Shown here in pieces: positions 28,336 to 36,493 of a stretch of 64,000 nt of DNA. Numbering within the stretch: position 1 is the first letter of the stretch; every line of letters begins with the position of its first letter. Where the stretch lies: contig JAZSON010000019.1 of assembly GCA_045536965.1 (NCBI GenBank), forward strand, positions 7,393-71,392. The letters are read 5' to 3'. The translations under genes were made by a program, and so were the position numbers. This DNA is from Eubacteriales bacterium (lineage in GTDB: Bacteria; Bacillota; Clostridia; Oscillospirales; SIG627). Under the pieces are notes generated by a model that worked only from the letters and a program-made list of their open reading frames with translations, did not search any database and was not told where the DNA came from.

Positions 28336-29448
28336 TCAAGTGTCGCTTTCATCCTTCATGGGCGCTTTGTCGATAGGCCCTTTGGAAGGAGTCTTTTTGC
28401 TCTCTGCCTCTCCGTCGTCATCAAGCAGAGACTTACCACTCTTCTTGGGTGCAGGTGCGGCAGGAATGTCATCATCGTCGTCATAGACGAGCGAATTTCT
28501 CTTTTTCGGGGGCAGTTTCCCTGAACCGCCTGTCTTTTGTTTTGCCGCGGCGGCATACTGCTTTTCAGCTGCGCGCAACTCTTCTTCGGTAAAGACAGGT
28601 GTGGGATACATTTTCTTCAAAATATACTGTTGAACAACGCTTAAAATGTTGGTATAGATCCAGTAAAGGCCCAGAGCGGCAGGAACCTGGAAAGCAATGT
28701 ATGTGGAGAATAAGGGCATCATAATGTTCATCATCTTGGGTGAACAACCGCCCGCATTTTCCTGTGTCAAAGGCTGATAGGACATCTTGCGAATCATCAT
28801 TTGGCCGAAATAGGATGCAAACAAGTTGAGGATCGGAATGATTACCAACCACGATGCGATCACCGGAGTGGCGGTCAAATCCATGCCAAAGAGCGAAAGG
28901 TCGGGGAGCTTCTGCATCAAGGCGGCTGCTTCACCCGACAAAAAGCTGCTGTTTTCCTGGAGAGTTGCAATGGCAGCGATTTCGTTGGTGGTATCGATGG
29001 AATAGGTGGAAACGTTGAACAGAGGTGCGAGGGCATCTCCGAGCACGTTCAGCTCTGCCTGCGTAAACTGGGCGATATAGGTCAAAGGACCGCGCACCAC
29101 GTTATACAGCATGATCAAAAGGGGTAATTGAATCAAAAGCGGGAGACAACCGGAAGCAGGATTGAATTTCTCCTCCCTATACATCTCCATAACTTCGTTT
29201 TGCATTTTTTGTTTGGTCGCCTGATCTTCGCGACCTGCATACTTTTTGCGGATCGCCATTTCCTTGGGACGCAATTTTGCCTGCCGCTGCATATTTTTCT
29301 GTTGCTTAATAGCCAGCGGGAACAAAACCACCTTAATGATGAGCGCAAACATAAAGAGCGCTACTGCGTAGGCGATACCTGTGCTGCTGAGCAGATTATA
29401 AAAACTGCGAATCAGCCAGCCGAAAAAATCATAAATAAAGTCAAACAA
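28336..29448 (-). CDS. yidC: Membrane protein insertase YidC
   Basis: NPASGCLPLLIQLP and PAALGLYW..N motifs, plus operon context. Confidence 0.93.
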   Translation of the reverse strand: MFDFIYDFFGWLIRSFYNLLSSTGIAYAVALFMFALIIKVVLFPLAIKQQKNMQRQAKLRPKEMAIRKKYAGREDQATKQKMQNEVMEMYREEKFNPASGCLPLLIQLPLLIMLYNVVRGPLTYIAQFTQAELNVLGDALAPLFNVSTYSIDTTNEIAAIATLQENSSFLSGEAAALMQKLPDLSLFGMDLTATPVIASWLVIIPILNLFASYFGQMMIRKMSYQPLTQENAGGCSPKMMNIMMPLFSTYIAFQVPAALGLYWIYTNILSVVQQYILKKMYPTPVFTEEELRAAEKQYAAAAKQKTGGSGKLPPKKRNSLVYDDDDDIPAAPAPKKSGKSLLDDDGEAESKKTPSKGPIDKAPMKDESDT

Positions 29449-29478
29449 TGGTACTACACTCCAAAATCTTTCTCCCGC

Positions 29479-29691
29479 TTAAGGTACGGGGTCATAACCG
29501 CCCTTGCAAAACGGGTTGCAGCGCAGAATGCGCCAAATTGTTAAAATGAGCGCATAAAGAAAAAAATGCTTTTGAAAAGCTTCGATCGCATATTGCGAAC
29601 AGGTGGGTGTAAAGCGACAACAAGGCCGATGAAGCGGCGAAATGAATTTTTGATACCCGCGGATCAACCAAATAAAAAACTTTCCGATCAT
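29479..29691 (-). CDS. yidD: Membrane protein insertion efficiency factor YidD
   Basis: [17 protein letters not shown]...[16 protein letters not shown]. Confidence 0.95.
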   Translation of the reverse strand: MIGKFFIWLIRGYQKFISPLHRPCCRFTPTCSQYAIEAFQKHFFLYALILTIWRILRCNPFCKGGYDPVP

Positions 29692-30044
29692 GACACCAAC
29701 CCCAAATTATTCAGCGCACACACAAGCGACACCGACAAATCTTCGGTCTTCACGCCGCGATCAAAAGCGGCTGTACGGGCAACGATCACCAGTGAAACCT
29801 CACTTTTGCGCAACGCAGGAAAATCAACCAAGGCAGATCTGACCGCCTCCCGCAACATGCGACGAACGCGGTTGCGAGCAACGGCTCCCCCTTGCTTTTT
29901 GCTGACGGTAAAACCGACGCGGAAAGTTGCATTTTTTCGATAATCTTTCAGTGCGTAAACAACAAGGTTTTTCTGCACCGAAGATTTGCCCTTTTTATAT
30001 GCACGGGCAAACAAATGGTTTTCTCGGATTGTTTCAATTTTCAT
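29688..30044 (-). CDS. rnpA: Ribonuclease P protein component
   Basis: [20 protein letters not shown] (RNR motif). Confidence 0.95.
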   Translation of the reverse strand: MKIETIRENHLFARAYKKGKSSVQKNLVVYALKDYRKNATFRVGFTVSKKQGGAVARNRVRRMLREAVRSALVDFPALRKSEVSLVIVARTAAFDRGVKTEDLSVSLVCALNNLGLVS

Positions 30045-30172
30045 ACTATCATCGCTTTTGCATGGATACATTCACAAAAAGAAAACCCCCGCGTGTCAAA
30101 CAGCCAATCATCGGCAGGTACGCCTGCCCGCAAACCAAGCTTTTCGGCAAACGGCGGTTTTTATGAGAATGT

Positions 30173-30307
30173 TCAGTGGGTAAGTCTTGCTCTGCCCTTA
30201 GCTCTGCGTCTCTTCAGAACCAAACGTCCGCTGGCGGTTTTCATTCTCTTGCGGAAGCCGTGCTCGACCTTTCTCTGACGCTTTTTCGGTTGATACGTTC
30301 TTAACAC
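30173..30307 (-). CDS. rpmH: 50S ribosomal protein L34 (not in ORF track, 44 aa)
   Basis: Manual translation [47 protein letters not shown] start with GAGGAGG RBS. Confidence 0.97.
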   Translation of the reverse strand: MLRTYQPKKRQRKVEHGFRKRMKTASGRLVLKRRRAKGRARLTH

Positions 30308-30386
30308 TGTCAACTACCTCCTCTTCAAACTATTATTGACAGCCGCCTTTCCTATGGGTGACGGTCACAATTTTCGATCAAGTAGC

Positions 30387-30416
30387 ATTATACACGAAGA
30401 AATCAATAAATGTCAA
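30387..30416 (-). promoter_or_regulatory. Sigma-A promoter of the rpmH operon
   Basis: Minus strand TTGACA-18 nt-TATAAT. Confidence 0.75.
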
Positions 30417-30527
30417 GCGTTTTTTTCTTCATTCCGTTCTTTTTTCAAAAAAATAAGTAAATTCTTTGCGAAGAAGGGTCAAATCCATACCGTTTTTCAT
30501 TTCAGTCGGCACGGCACCTTGCCGATT

Positions 30528-31529
30528 TCACATTTTTCCATCCAGCATGGTAAGCTCGATGGTATAGCATATCTTTTCACCCGGCGCCAAAATATCCAAC
30601 TCTTTCCGTTCGATGGCATTCTTGCGTCCGTCGATGGTGCAGTTTGATGGTTCCAAGCCCAAAACATACTCCCGCTGTCCCATCATCTTCCACTGCACAA
30701 AACGCGGAAGATCAAAAGATAGGCGCACCCCTTTGCCGAGCATCGGATTGAAAAGGGTTGCTTGCCGCATTCCTCTTTCGTCGGTCTTCAAGATGTGGTA
30801 GAAGCACATTTCCTCAAAATCCTTCGTCGGCTTTTCCATTTTCAAAAAGTTTTCAAGGCCGCTTGCCGCATGATCGTTGCGCGGTCGCGTCTCGACTGCA
30901 TCCAATGAAAGCAAGGCATTTTCACTCAAAAGCGGGTATCCCATATTAAAATGGTATAAAAGCATAACAGGCTCATCGACCGTCCCGTCGTTTTTCACGG
31001 TATCCTGCAAACGAATGCGATTTTCTCCCGTAAAGACCTCTACCTTGCGGTGAAGAGACAGCTTTTCACCGCCCAATCGAGCTTCCCGCATACATCCCTC
31101 GACAGAAATCACATCATCGCCCTCATCCACTTCATCGATATGAAGCGACCAGGATTCGGCAGGCGTGTGGCCGATGCGGCCATGCAAGCCAAAGATCTCC
31201 CCATCTGTTTCGGAGGGATTTCCTGCGTTTCTAAGACCGCAGGTGGTCAAAAAGCCGGCGGTAAAACTACGCAAAAAACCAATGTCGCGGTCATCGTAAT
31301 AAGCGGGCGCGACATAACCGCTCGGTGAAAAATACCCAAAATTATCCCCTTTAAAGGAAAGCCGGGTGATGTCCAGACAGCGGTCGGGACACAGCGTAAG
31401 ATGGATGCCTTTGCCATTATCAATATCGACAAGTCGCATACCCGCACCCCGTCCGTCAGCCAGAACATGGGTCTCAGCATGATATTTTTGCGCGGGATGT
31501 CCCATATACAACAATTCTTCCCGTTTCAT
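30528..31529 (-). CDS. Aldose 1-epimerase family / DUF4432 protein
   Basis: DRCLDI, FLTTCGL..AG.P, LHGRI, LYHFNMGYPL and YVLGLEP motifs. Confidence 0.85.
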   Translation of the reverse strand: MKREELLYMGHPAQKYHAETHVLADGRGAGMRLVDIDNGKGIHLTLCPDRCLDITRLSFKGDNFGYFSPSGYVAPAYYDDRDIGFLRSFTAGFLTTCGLRNAGNPSETDGEIFGLHGRIGHTPAESWSLHIDEVDEGDDVISVEGCMREARLGGEKLSLHRKVEVFTGENRIRLQDTVKNDGTVDEPVMLLYHFNMGYPLLSENALLSLDAVETRPRNDHAASGLENFLKMEKPTKDFEEMCFYHILKTDERGMRQATLFNPMLGKGVRLSFDLPRFVQWKMMGQREYVLGLEPSNCTIDGRKNAIERKELDILAPGEKICYTIELTMLDGKM

Positions 31530-31581
31530 TTAAAACACTTCCTTTCGAGATCATGTTTTTTTCATTATATCATACTTTTCC

Positions 31582-31764
31582 TCACTTGACAAGAAAAGAA
31601 GCATATTCTGCCCAACGGTTTTTCCGTATCGGCATCACACGATCCGTAAAAACAAGCACAAGCGCCGGCCGAATCCCCCGATAATCGTTGGTATAGTAAA
31701 AATCGAGCAATTTCCCCTCTCGAATTCTTTTTTTAGCCTGCGCGTGGTAATTGTAATACACCAC
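31582..31764 (-). CDS. Small conserved hypothetical protein (60 aa) coupled to dinB
   Basis: GTG start abuts the dinB stop, with GAGAGGA RBS in the dinB 3' end. YYNYHAQAKKRI...PALVLVF...MPIR..RW.EY resembles a small clostridial family. Confidence 0.7.
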   Translation of the reverse strand: MVYYNYHAQAKKRIREGKLLDFYYTNDYRGIRPALVLVFTDRVMPIRKNRWAEYASFLVK

Positions 31765-33003
31765 TTATCCTCTCATCCTCCCCGGCATTTGCGCCGTTTC
31801 ATTTGGATTTAAGTTGCCCAATTCCCGTTCTTCCAATACCCGCGCCCGTGTTAAAACATCGGTACCGAATTTTTGACGCAAACGGTCAGCCACCGCATCC
31901 AAGCTTTCCCGCCGCTGAATTGCCGCAACCGTTTCATCCAAAGAAAGCTGCTCATATCGTCCGTCGGTCAGGTTGCATCCTCGGATACCAATGCTTCGAA
32001 GCGGAGTTTTTCCGCCGTTGTGCCGAACATAAAGCGCCATGCCCGCCTCAAAAAGCCCTCTCACCGTACGATTGGGGTAAATCAGTTTTTTCTGTCTTTC
32101 ACACCACACCAAATTGGTATCCCGCATGGAAAGCTGTACGACAGAACACATCTTTCCATGTTCCCGCAACCGCGCCGACACCATTTCGCAAAGTCCCAAA
32201 AGAACAATCTTGACATCCTCTTCATTTTTCAGATCCCGTCGGCAGGTCACACCATGCCCCACCGATTGAATAGGCTCCTCTTCTCCGCACATCCCCACCG
32301 GAGTATCATCCATACCATTGGCAAAATACCATAAGGCCATCCCATTTTTCCCCAAAGAAGACCGCAGAAGTTCCCGCGGCGCCTTGGCTATATCCCCGAT
32401 ACGATACATGCCGTAACGGCGCAACTTTTCTCCCGATGCACGTCCGACATACAGCATTTTTTCCGCCTCCAACGGCCACACCTTTTCCCGAAAATCCGAT
32501 CGTGTGATCACAGTGGTCGCATCGGGCTTTTTCATATCGCTCCCAAGTTTGGAAAATACCTTGTTGAAGCTCACCCCCACCGATACCGTCAGCCCGATTT
32601 CCTTTTTTAAACGCTGCCGCAGAGCATCGGCAATCTGTTTTCCATCACCAAACAGAGAAAAAGAGTCGGTCACATCGAGCCAACATTCATCCGGACCATA
32701 CGGTTCTACCCGATCGGTGTACTCACCGTAAATTTTCTGCACGATTTGAGAGTATTCCCGATAAAGAGAAAAATGCGGCTCGACAAAAATGATCTCGGAG
32801 CACTTTTGCCGCGCCGACCAAAGGGGTTCTCCCGTAACCACACCACATTTTTTCGCAATTTCATTTTTGGCCAACACAATGCCATGACGCATCTGTTCAC
32901 TCCCCGCTACCGCCACGGGACGATCGCGCAACGATGGATTCAACAGGCACTCCACCGAAGCATAAAAATTATTCAAATCACTGTGCAGCACCATTCGATC
33001 CAC
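31765..33003 (-). CDS. dinB: Y-family DNA polymerase IV
   Basis: HSDLNNFYASVE, PDECWLDVT, SVGVSFNK..SKLGSDMKKPD and C-terminal EQLSL clamp motif. GGAGG RBS before GTG. Confidence 0.92.
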   Translation of the reverse strand: MDRMVLHSDLNNFYASVECLLNPSLRDRPVAVAGSEQMRHGIVLAKNEIAKKCGVVTGEPLWSARQKCSEIIFVEPHFSLYREYSQIVQKIYGEYTDRVEPYGPDECWLDVTDSFSLFGDGKQIADALRQRLKKEIGLTVSVGVSFNKVFSKLGSDMKKPDATTVITRSDFREKVWPLEAEKMLYVGRASGEKLRRYGMYRIGDIAKAPRELLRSSLGKNGMALWYFANGMDDTPVGMCGEEEPIQSVGHGVTCRRDLKNEEDVKIVLLGLCEMVSARLREHGKMCSVVQLSMRDTNLVWCERQKKLIYPNRTVRGLFEAGMALYVRHNGGKTPLRSIGIRGCNLTDGRYEQLSLDETVAAIQRRESLDAVADRLRQKFGTDVLTRARVLEERELGNLNPNETAQMPGRMRG

Positions 33004-33027
33004 ACTATCTCCTCCATTCTGTTGTAT

Positions 33028-33056
33028 ATGATAACTCATTTTCGTATATTTGTCAA
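33028..33056 (-). promoter_or_regulatory. Sigma-A promoter of dinB
   Basis: Minus strand TTGACA-17 nt-TATCAT. Confidence 0.7.
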
Positions 33057-33129
33057 TCATTTATTACTATATTTCGTAATCTAATAAAAAGGATGTAACG
33101 GGATATACTATCCTGCGAGGTGAAAAAAC

Positions 33130-33318
33130 ATGGAAAGAGATCTCTTGCAAGACGGGTTACCTCTGGGGTTTGGACTGGCGTTGGCACAAAACACAAAAGC
33201 ATTGATGTGTTTTACCGCGCTGTCGGATGAAGAAAAGAAAAAGGTGGTTGACGGCACGAAAACGGTGCAGTCCAAACAAGAAATGCGCGACTATGTCAAC
33301 CGCTTGATCACCATGTAA
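33130..33318 (+). CDS. Small hypothetical protein (62 aa)
   Basis: GAGGTG RBS, LPLGFGLALAQN..A...F..LS.EEK pattern, followed by its own terminator. Confidence 0.75.
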   Translation: MERDLLQDGLPLGFGLALAQNTKALMCFTALSDEEKKKVVDGTKTVQSKQEMRDYVNRLITM

Positions 33319-33326
33319 ACACACGA

Positions 33327-33367
33327 AAAAGAGAAAAGTTGCGGTCAATGCACAACTTTTCTCTTTT
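33327..33367 (+). terminator. Intrinsic terminator
   Basis: AAAAGAGAAAAGTTG-loop-CAACTTTTCTCTTTT. Confidence 0.7.
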
Positions 33368-33397
33368 GCATTTTTGCGTTTTCGGCATAAACTGATA

Positions 33398-33426
33398 TTG
33401 CGAAAACAGAAAAAATATGCTATAAT
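33398..33426 (+). promoter_or_regulatory. Sigma-A promoter of the ROK gene
   Basis: TTGCGA-17 nt-TATAAT with TG extension. Confidence 0.65.
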
Positions 33427-33458
33427 ACGGCCGAATTTCAAATAAAGGAAGAATATAT

Positions 33459-34349
33459 ATGGATCGACTGTATTTGGGTGCCGATGTAGGCGGAACAAAA
33501 ATCGCATTTTTACTGCGGGATGAAAACGAAAAAACAATTTGTGCAAAAACCATCCCCGCACCCCACACGCCCGACGGCTTAAAGGATGCCGTTTGCACCC
33601 TCCTTTCCTCCCAAAACATTTCCCCAGAATCCATCGGCGGTTTTGGCATGGGACTCCCCGGGTGTGTCGATAAAAACGGATATTTTGTATATGATGTTCC
33701 GATATTCGGTTGGAAAAATATCGATTTGCGCCAAACTCTTTTTTCCTCTTTTGCATTCCCCTGCATCGCGGGAAACGATGTCAATACGGCTTTATTGGGT
33801 GAATGTGCCGAGGGCGCGGCCCGCAACACGAGCGATGCTATTTTCATTTCCATCGGAACGGGACTGGGCGGCGCCATTCTTGCCGACGGGCATATCGTCA
33901 CAGGCTTTGGCGGTCTTGCCGGCGAGATCGGTTATTTTGCCGACGAGACAGATCTTGCGGCAGGCAAAAAATACACCGCCGAATCCTACGGCGCTTTGGA
34001 AAGCAAATGCTCGGGAACGGGGCTGGATACCCTCGGAAAGCCATTTGGTCTCTCGGCAAAAACCCTCTTTTCGGAAGCGATCCACCAAAACGAAGATGCC
34101 GCGCGTCTGATAGAAGATTTTCTGAATCGTCTCGCGGTCACGGCAGCGAACTGCGCCAGCCTATTAAATCCCGAAAAAATCATTTTCGGCGGCGGGCTTT
34201 CCACCGAACTGCCTCCCTATATGTCAAAACTCGAAGAAAAGGTATCCTCTCTTACGCCAACCCCCGTCACCCTCTGCGTCAGCGCTCTGGGCAGAAACGC
34301 GGGCGCGGTCGGTGCGTATCATTTGGCAAGAAGCATCGAAACAAAATAA
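33459..34349 (+). CDS. ROK family sugar kinase
   Basis: GADVGGTK, GLPG, NDVNTA..GE, IGTGLGG, AGEIG, LES.CSG and AGAVGA motifs. No HTH. Confidence 0.9.
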   Translation: MDRLYLGADVGGTKIAFLLRDENEKTICAKTIPAPHTPDGLKDAVCTLLSSQNISPESIGGFGMGLPGCVDKNGYFVYDVPIFGWKNIDLRQTLFSSFAFPCIAGNDVNTALLGECAEGAARNTSDAIFISIGTGLGGAILADGHIVTGFGGLAGEIGYFADETDLAAGKKYTAESYGALESKCSGTGLDTLGKPFGLSAKTLFSEAIHQNEDAARLIEDFLNRLAVTAANCASLLNPEKIIFGGGLSTELPPYMSKLEEKVSSLTPTPVTLCVSALGRNAGAVGAYHLARSIETK

Positions 34350-34354
34350 AAAAC

Positions 34355-34383
34355 TTGACAAAGTGTTATTTTTCGGCTATACT
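34355..34383 (+). promoter_or_regulatory. Sigma-A promoter of the aspartate kinase gene
   Basis: TTGACA-17 nt-TATACT. Confidence 0.75.
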
Positions 34384-34420
34384 ATCACGTACTCATTTCT
34401 AATTTCACCCGAAAGGATCT

Positions 34421-35746
34421 ATGATCATGCAGTGTAAGGTTGCTAAATTCGGCGGTTCTTCCTTGGCCGATGCAGTACAATTTAAGAAAGTACATGACAT
34501 CATCAAGGCAGACCCTGCCATTAAATTTGTTGTTCCCTCCGCGCCCGGACGGCGTTTTTCCGAGGACTTTAAAGTCACCGACATGCTTTACCGTTGCTAT
34601 GAAAAGTGTGTCAAGGGCGAAGACAGCGATGCGGAATTTGCCGCCATCGAAGAAAGATATAACGGTATCATCCGCGATTTGGGATTGTCCGTTTCGCTGC
34701 AAGCCGAATACGATGTCATTCGTCAGGCTTTCAAAATGAAGCTTGGCCGCGATTTTGCTGCCAGCCGCGGTGAATATCTGTCGGGCAAGATCCTCGCAGC
34801 CTACCTTGACATCCCCTTTATCGATGCAGCCGATGTCATTTTCTTTGATGAAAACGGCAATTACGATGCCGAACGCACCAACGAGGTTCTGGGCGCAAAG
34901 CTTGCCACCCTTTCCGGTGCCGTCATTCCCGGTTTCTACGGTTCGATGCCCAACGATACCATCAAAACCTTCTCCCGCGGTGGCAGTGACATCACAGGTT
35001 CCATCGTTGCCAGAGCGGCAAACGCCGATATGTATGAAAACTGGACCGATGTTTCCGGATTTTTGATGGCAGATCCCCGCATCATCAAAAATCCCAGAAC
35101 CATCCCCTATATCACCTATCACGAACTGCGCGAATTGTCCTATATGGGCGCTACCGTATTGCATGAAGATGCGGTTTTCCCTGTCAGAGCGGCAGGCATT
35201 CCAATCAACATCCGCAATACCAACGCCCCCGCCGATCCCGGCACCACCATCGTAGCCGAAGTACCCGAGGGTGTAGTTGATGATGTTATCACCGGCATCG
35301 CCGGCAAAAAGGGTTTTGCGGTCGTCACCATTGAAAAAGATATGATGAATCGCGAGCTTGGATTTGGCAGACGCGTTCTTTCTGCCTTTGAAAAACACGG
35401 TATTTCCTTCGAGCATCTTCCCAGCGGCATCGATACCATGTCGGTCATCGTCGCCGAAAGCAGTCTGGAAAACAAAAAGACCGCCCTGCTTGCCGACATC
35501 ACCGCTTTGACCAACCCCGATCGTCTGCATGTAGAATACGGCATCGCGCTGGTTGCTGTTGTCGGACGCGGTATGGTGCAAACCAAAGGCACGGCAAGTA
35601 AAATTTTCAGCGCCATTTATGAAAGCGATGTCAACATCCGCATGATCGATCAGGGTTCCAGCGAACTCAACATCATCATCGGTGTCAAGAGCGAGGATTT
35701 CGAGAAGGTCATGAACGGTATTTACAACGCCTTTGTAACCGAATAA
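34421..35746 (+). CDS. Aspartate kinase
   Basis: KFGGSSLA, SAPG, TFSRGGSDITG, WTDVSG...DPR and C-terminal ACT domains. Confidence 0.95.
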   Translation: MIMQCKVAKFGGSSLADAVQFKKVHDIIKADPAIKFVVPSAPGRRFSEDFKVTDMLYRCYEKCVKGEDSDAEFAAIEERYNGIIRDLGLSVSLQAEYDVIRQAFKMKLGRDFAASRGEYLSGKILAAYLDIPFIDAADVIFFDENGNYDAERTNEVLGAKLATLSGAVIPGFYGSMPNDTIKTFSRGGSDITGSIVARAANADMYENWTDVSGFLMADPRIIKNPRTIPYITYHELRELSYMGATVLHEDAVFPVRAAGIPINIRNTNAPADPGTTIVAEVPEGVVDDVITGIAGKKGFAVVTIEKDMMNRELGFGRRVLSAFEKHGISFEHLPSGIDTMSVIVAESSLENKKTALLADITALTNPDRLHVEYGIALVAVVGRGMVQTKGTASKIFSAIYESDVNIRMIDQGSSELNIIIGVKSEDFEKVMNGIYNAFVTE

Positions 35747-35757
35747 AATGAAAAAGG

Positions 35758-35798
35758 GGCTGTCTCAAATGCAAAATGCATTTGAGACAGCCTTTTTT
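35758..35798. terminator. Bidirectional terminator
   Basis: GGCTGTCTCAAATGCA-aaa-TGCATTTGAGACAGCC with flanking A and T tracts. Confidence 0.85.
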
Positions 35799-35957
35799 AC
35801 GCCTATGAAACGACGGAAAGAAAAACACCGCTGACAAACAGATAAAACATGATGCCAAACGCACAACCCGCCATAAACCCAATCGCAAAATCCAAAAATA
35901 CATAGCGCCAATATCCATCTTTTTTCATGGTATTAGATTGCGCCGAATTTGGATGGT

Positions 35958-36437
35958 TTATGCGCTTTTAATCAAACTTTTTTGAAACCCGTCCACATTG
36001 GCGGTCGCAATATCGCCACCGATGACGGTATCGTCGAAAACAAGCAGATTGGCATAAACCGTTCCATCGTAATCATAGTTGGTGACGATATAAGTGTATC
36101 GCTTGACGGTTTTGTTTTTATACGCAGACAAATCACAACCCAAAACAGACTGCAATTCATTATAACGGGTATATACACCGTCAAATACAGCGGGAATGGT
36201 CACTTCAGTCACCGCAACCGCCTCGGTCTCAATATCCCATCCGCACAGATTCAAAAACCGCACACGGTCCTCCGCACTTTCAATATGTGTAAAATCCTTT
36301 TCGGTTAAACTGCCGTTTTCCACCGCAATACTCGTTTGATCGGGCACGAGAAAAACCGCCATGGATAAGGCGAAAACCGACAGAAGCAAAAGACCTGCAA
36401 ATTTAAGCGTGGATGCTTTGACCGAATAAATAAACAT
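35958..36437 (-). CDS. DUF4830-like membrane-anchored protein
   Basis: MFIYSVK plus TM, RV.FL...GW, IP..FD.VY..YN.LQ, YTY.VTNY and VIGGDI. Confidence 0.75.
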   Translation of the reverse strand: MFIYSVKASTLKFAGLLLLSVFALSMAVFLVPDQTSIAVENGSLTEKDFTHIESAEDRVRFLNLCGWDIETEAVAVTEVTIPAVFDGVYTRYNELQSVLGCDLSAYKNKTVKRYTYIVTNYDYDGTVYANLLVFDDTVIGGDIATANVDGFQKSLIKSA

Positions 36438-36464
36438 ACTTACAATCCCCCTTTTTTCATCCCT

Positions 36465-36493
36465 AATGTATGCGGGGGATATACGCTTTATGA
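36465..36493 (-). promoter_or_regulatory. Putative sporulation sigma-E promoter
   Basis: Minus strand TCATAAA-14 nt-CATACATT. Confidence 0.6.

Noticed and set aside
30388..30396. DnaA-box-like TTATACACG upstream of rpmH
   Set aside because: One mismatch, isolated, and explained as the reverse complement of the rpmH -10 element.
34384..34420. Lysine riboswitch or T-box before the aspartate kinase gene
   Set aside because: The leader is only about 30 nt after the promoter, too short for either element.
34385..35581. 398-aa minus-strand ORF
   Set aside because: Antisense shadow of the aspartate kinase gene.
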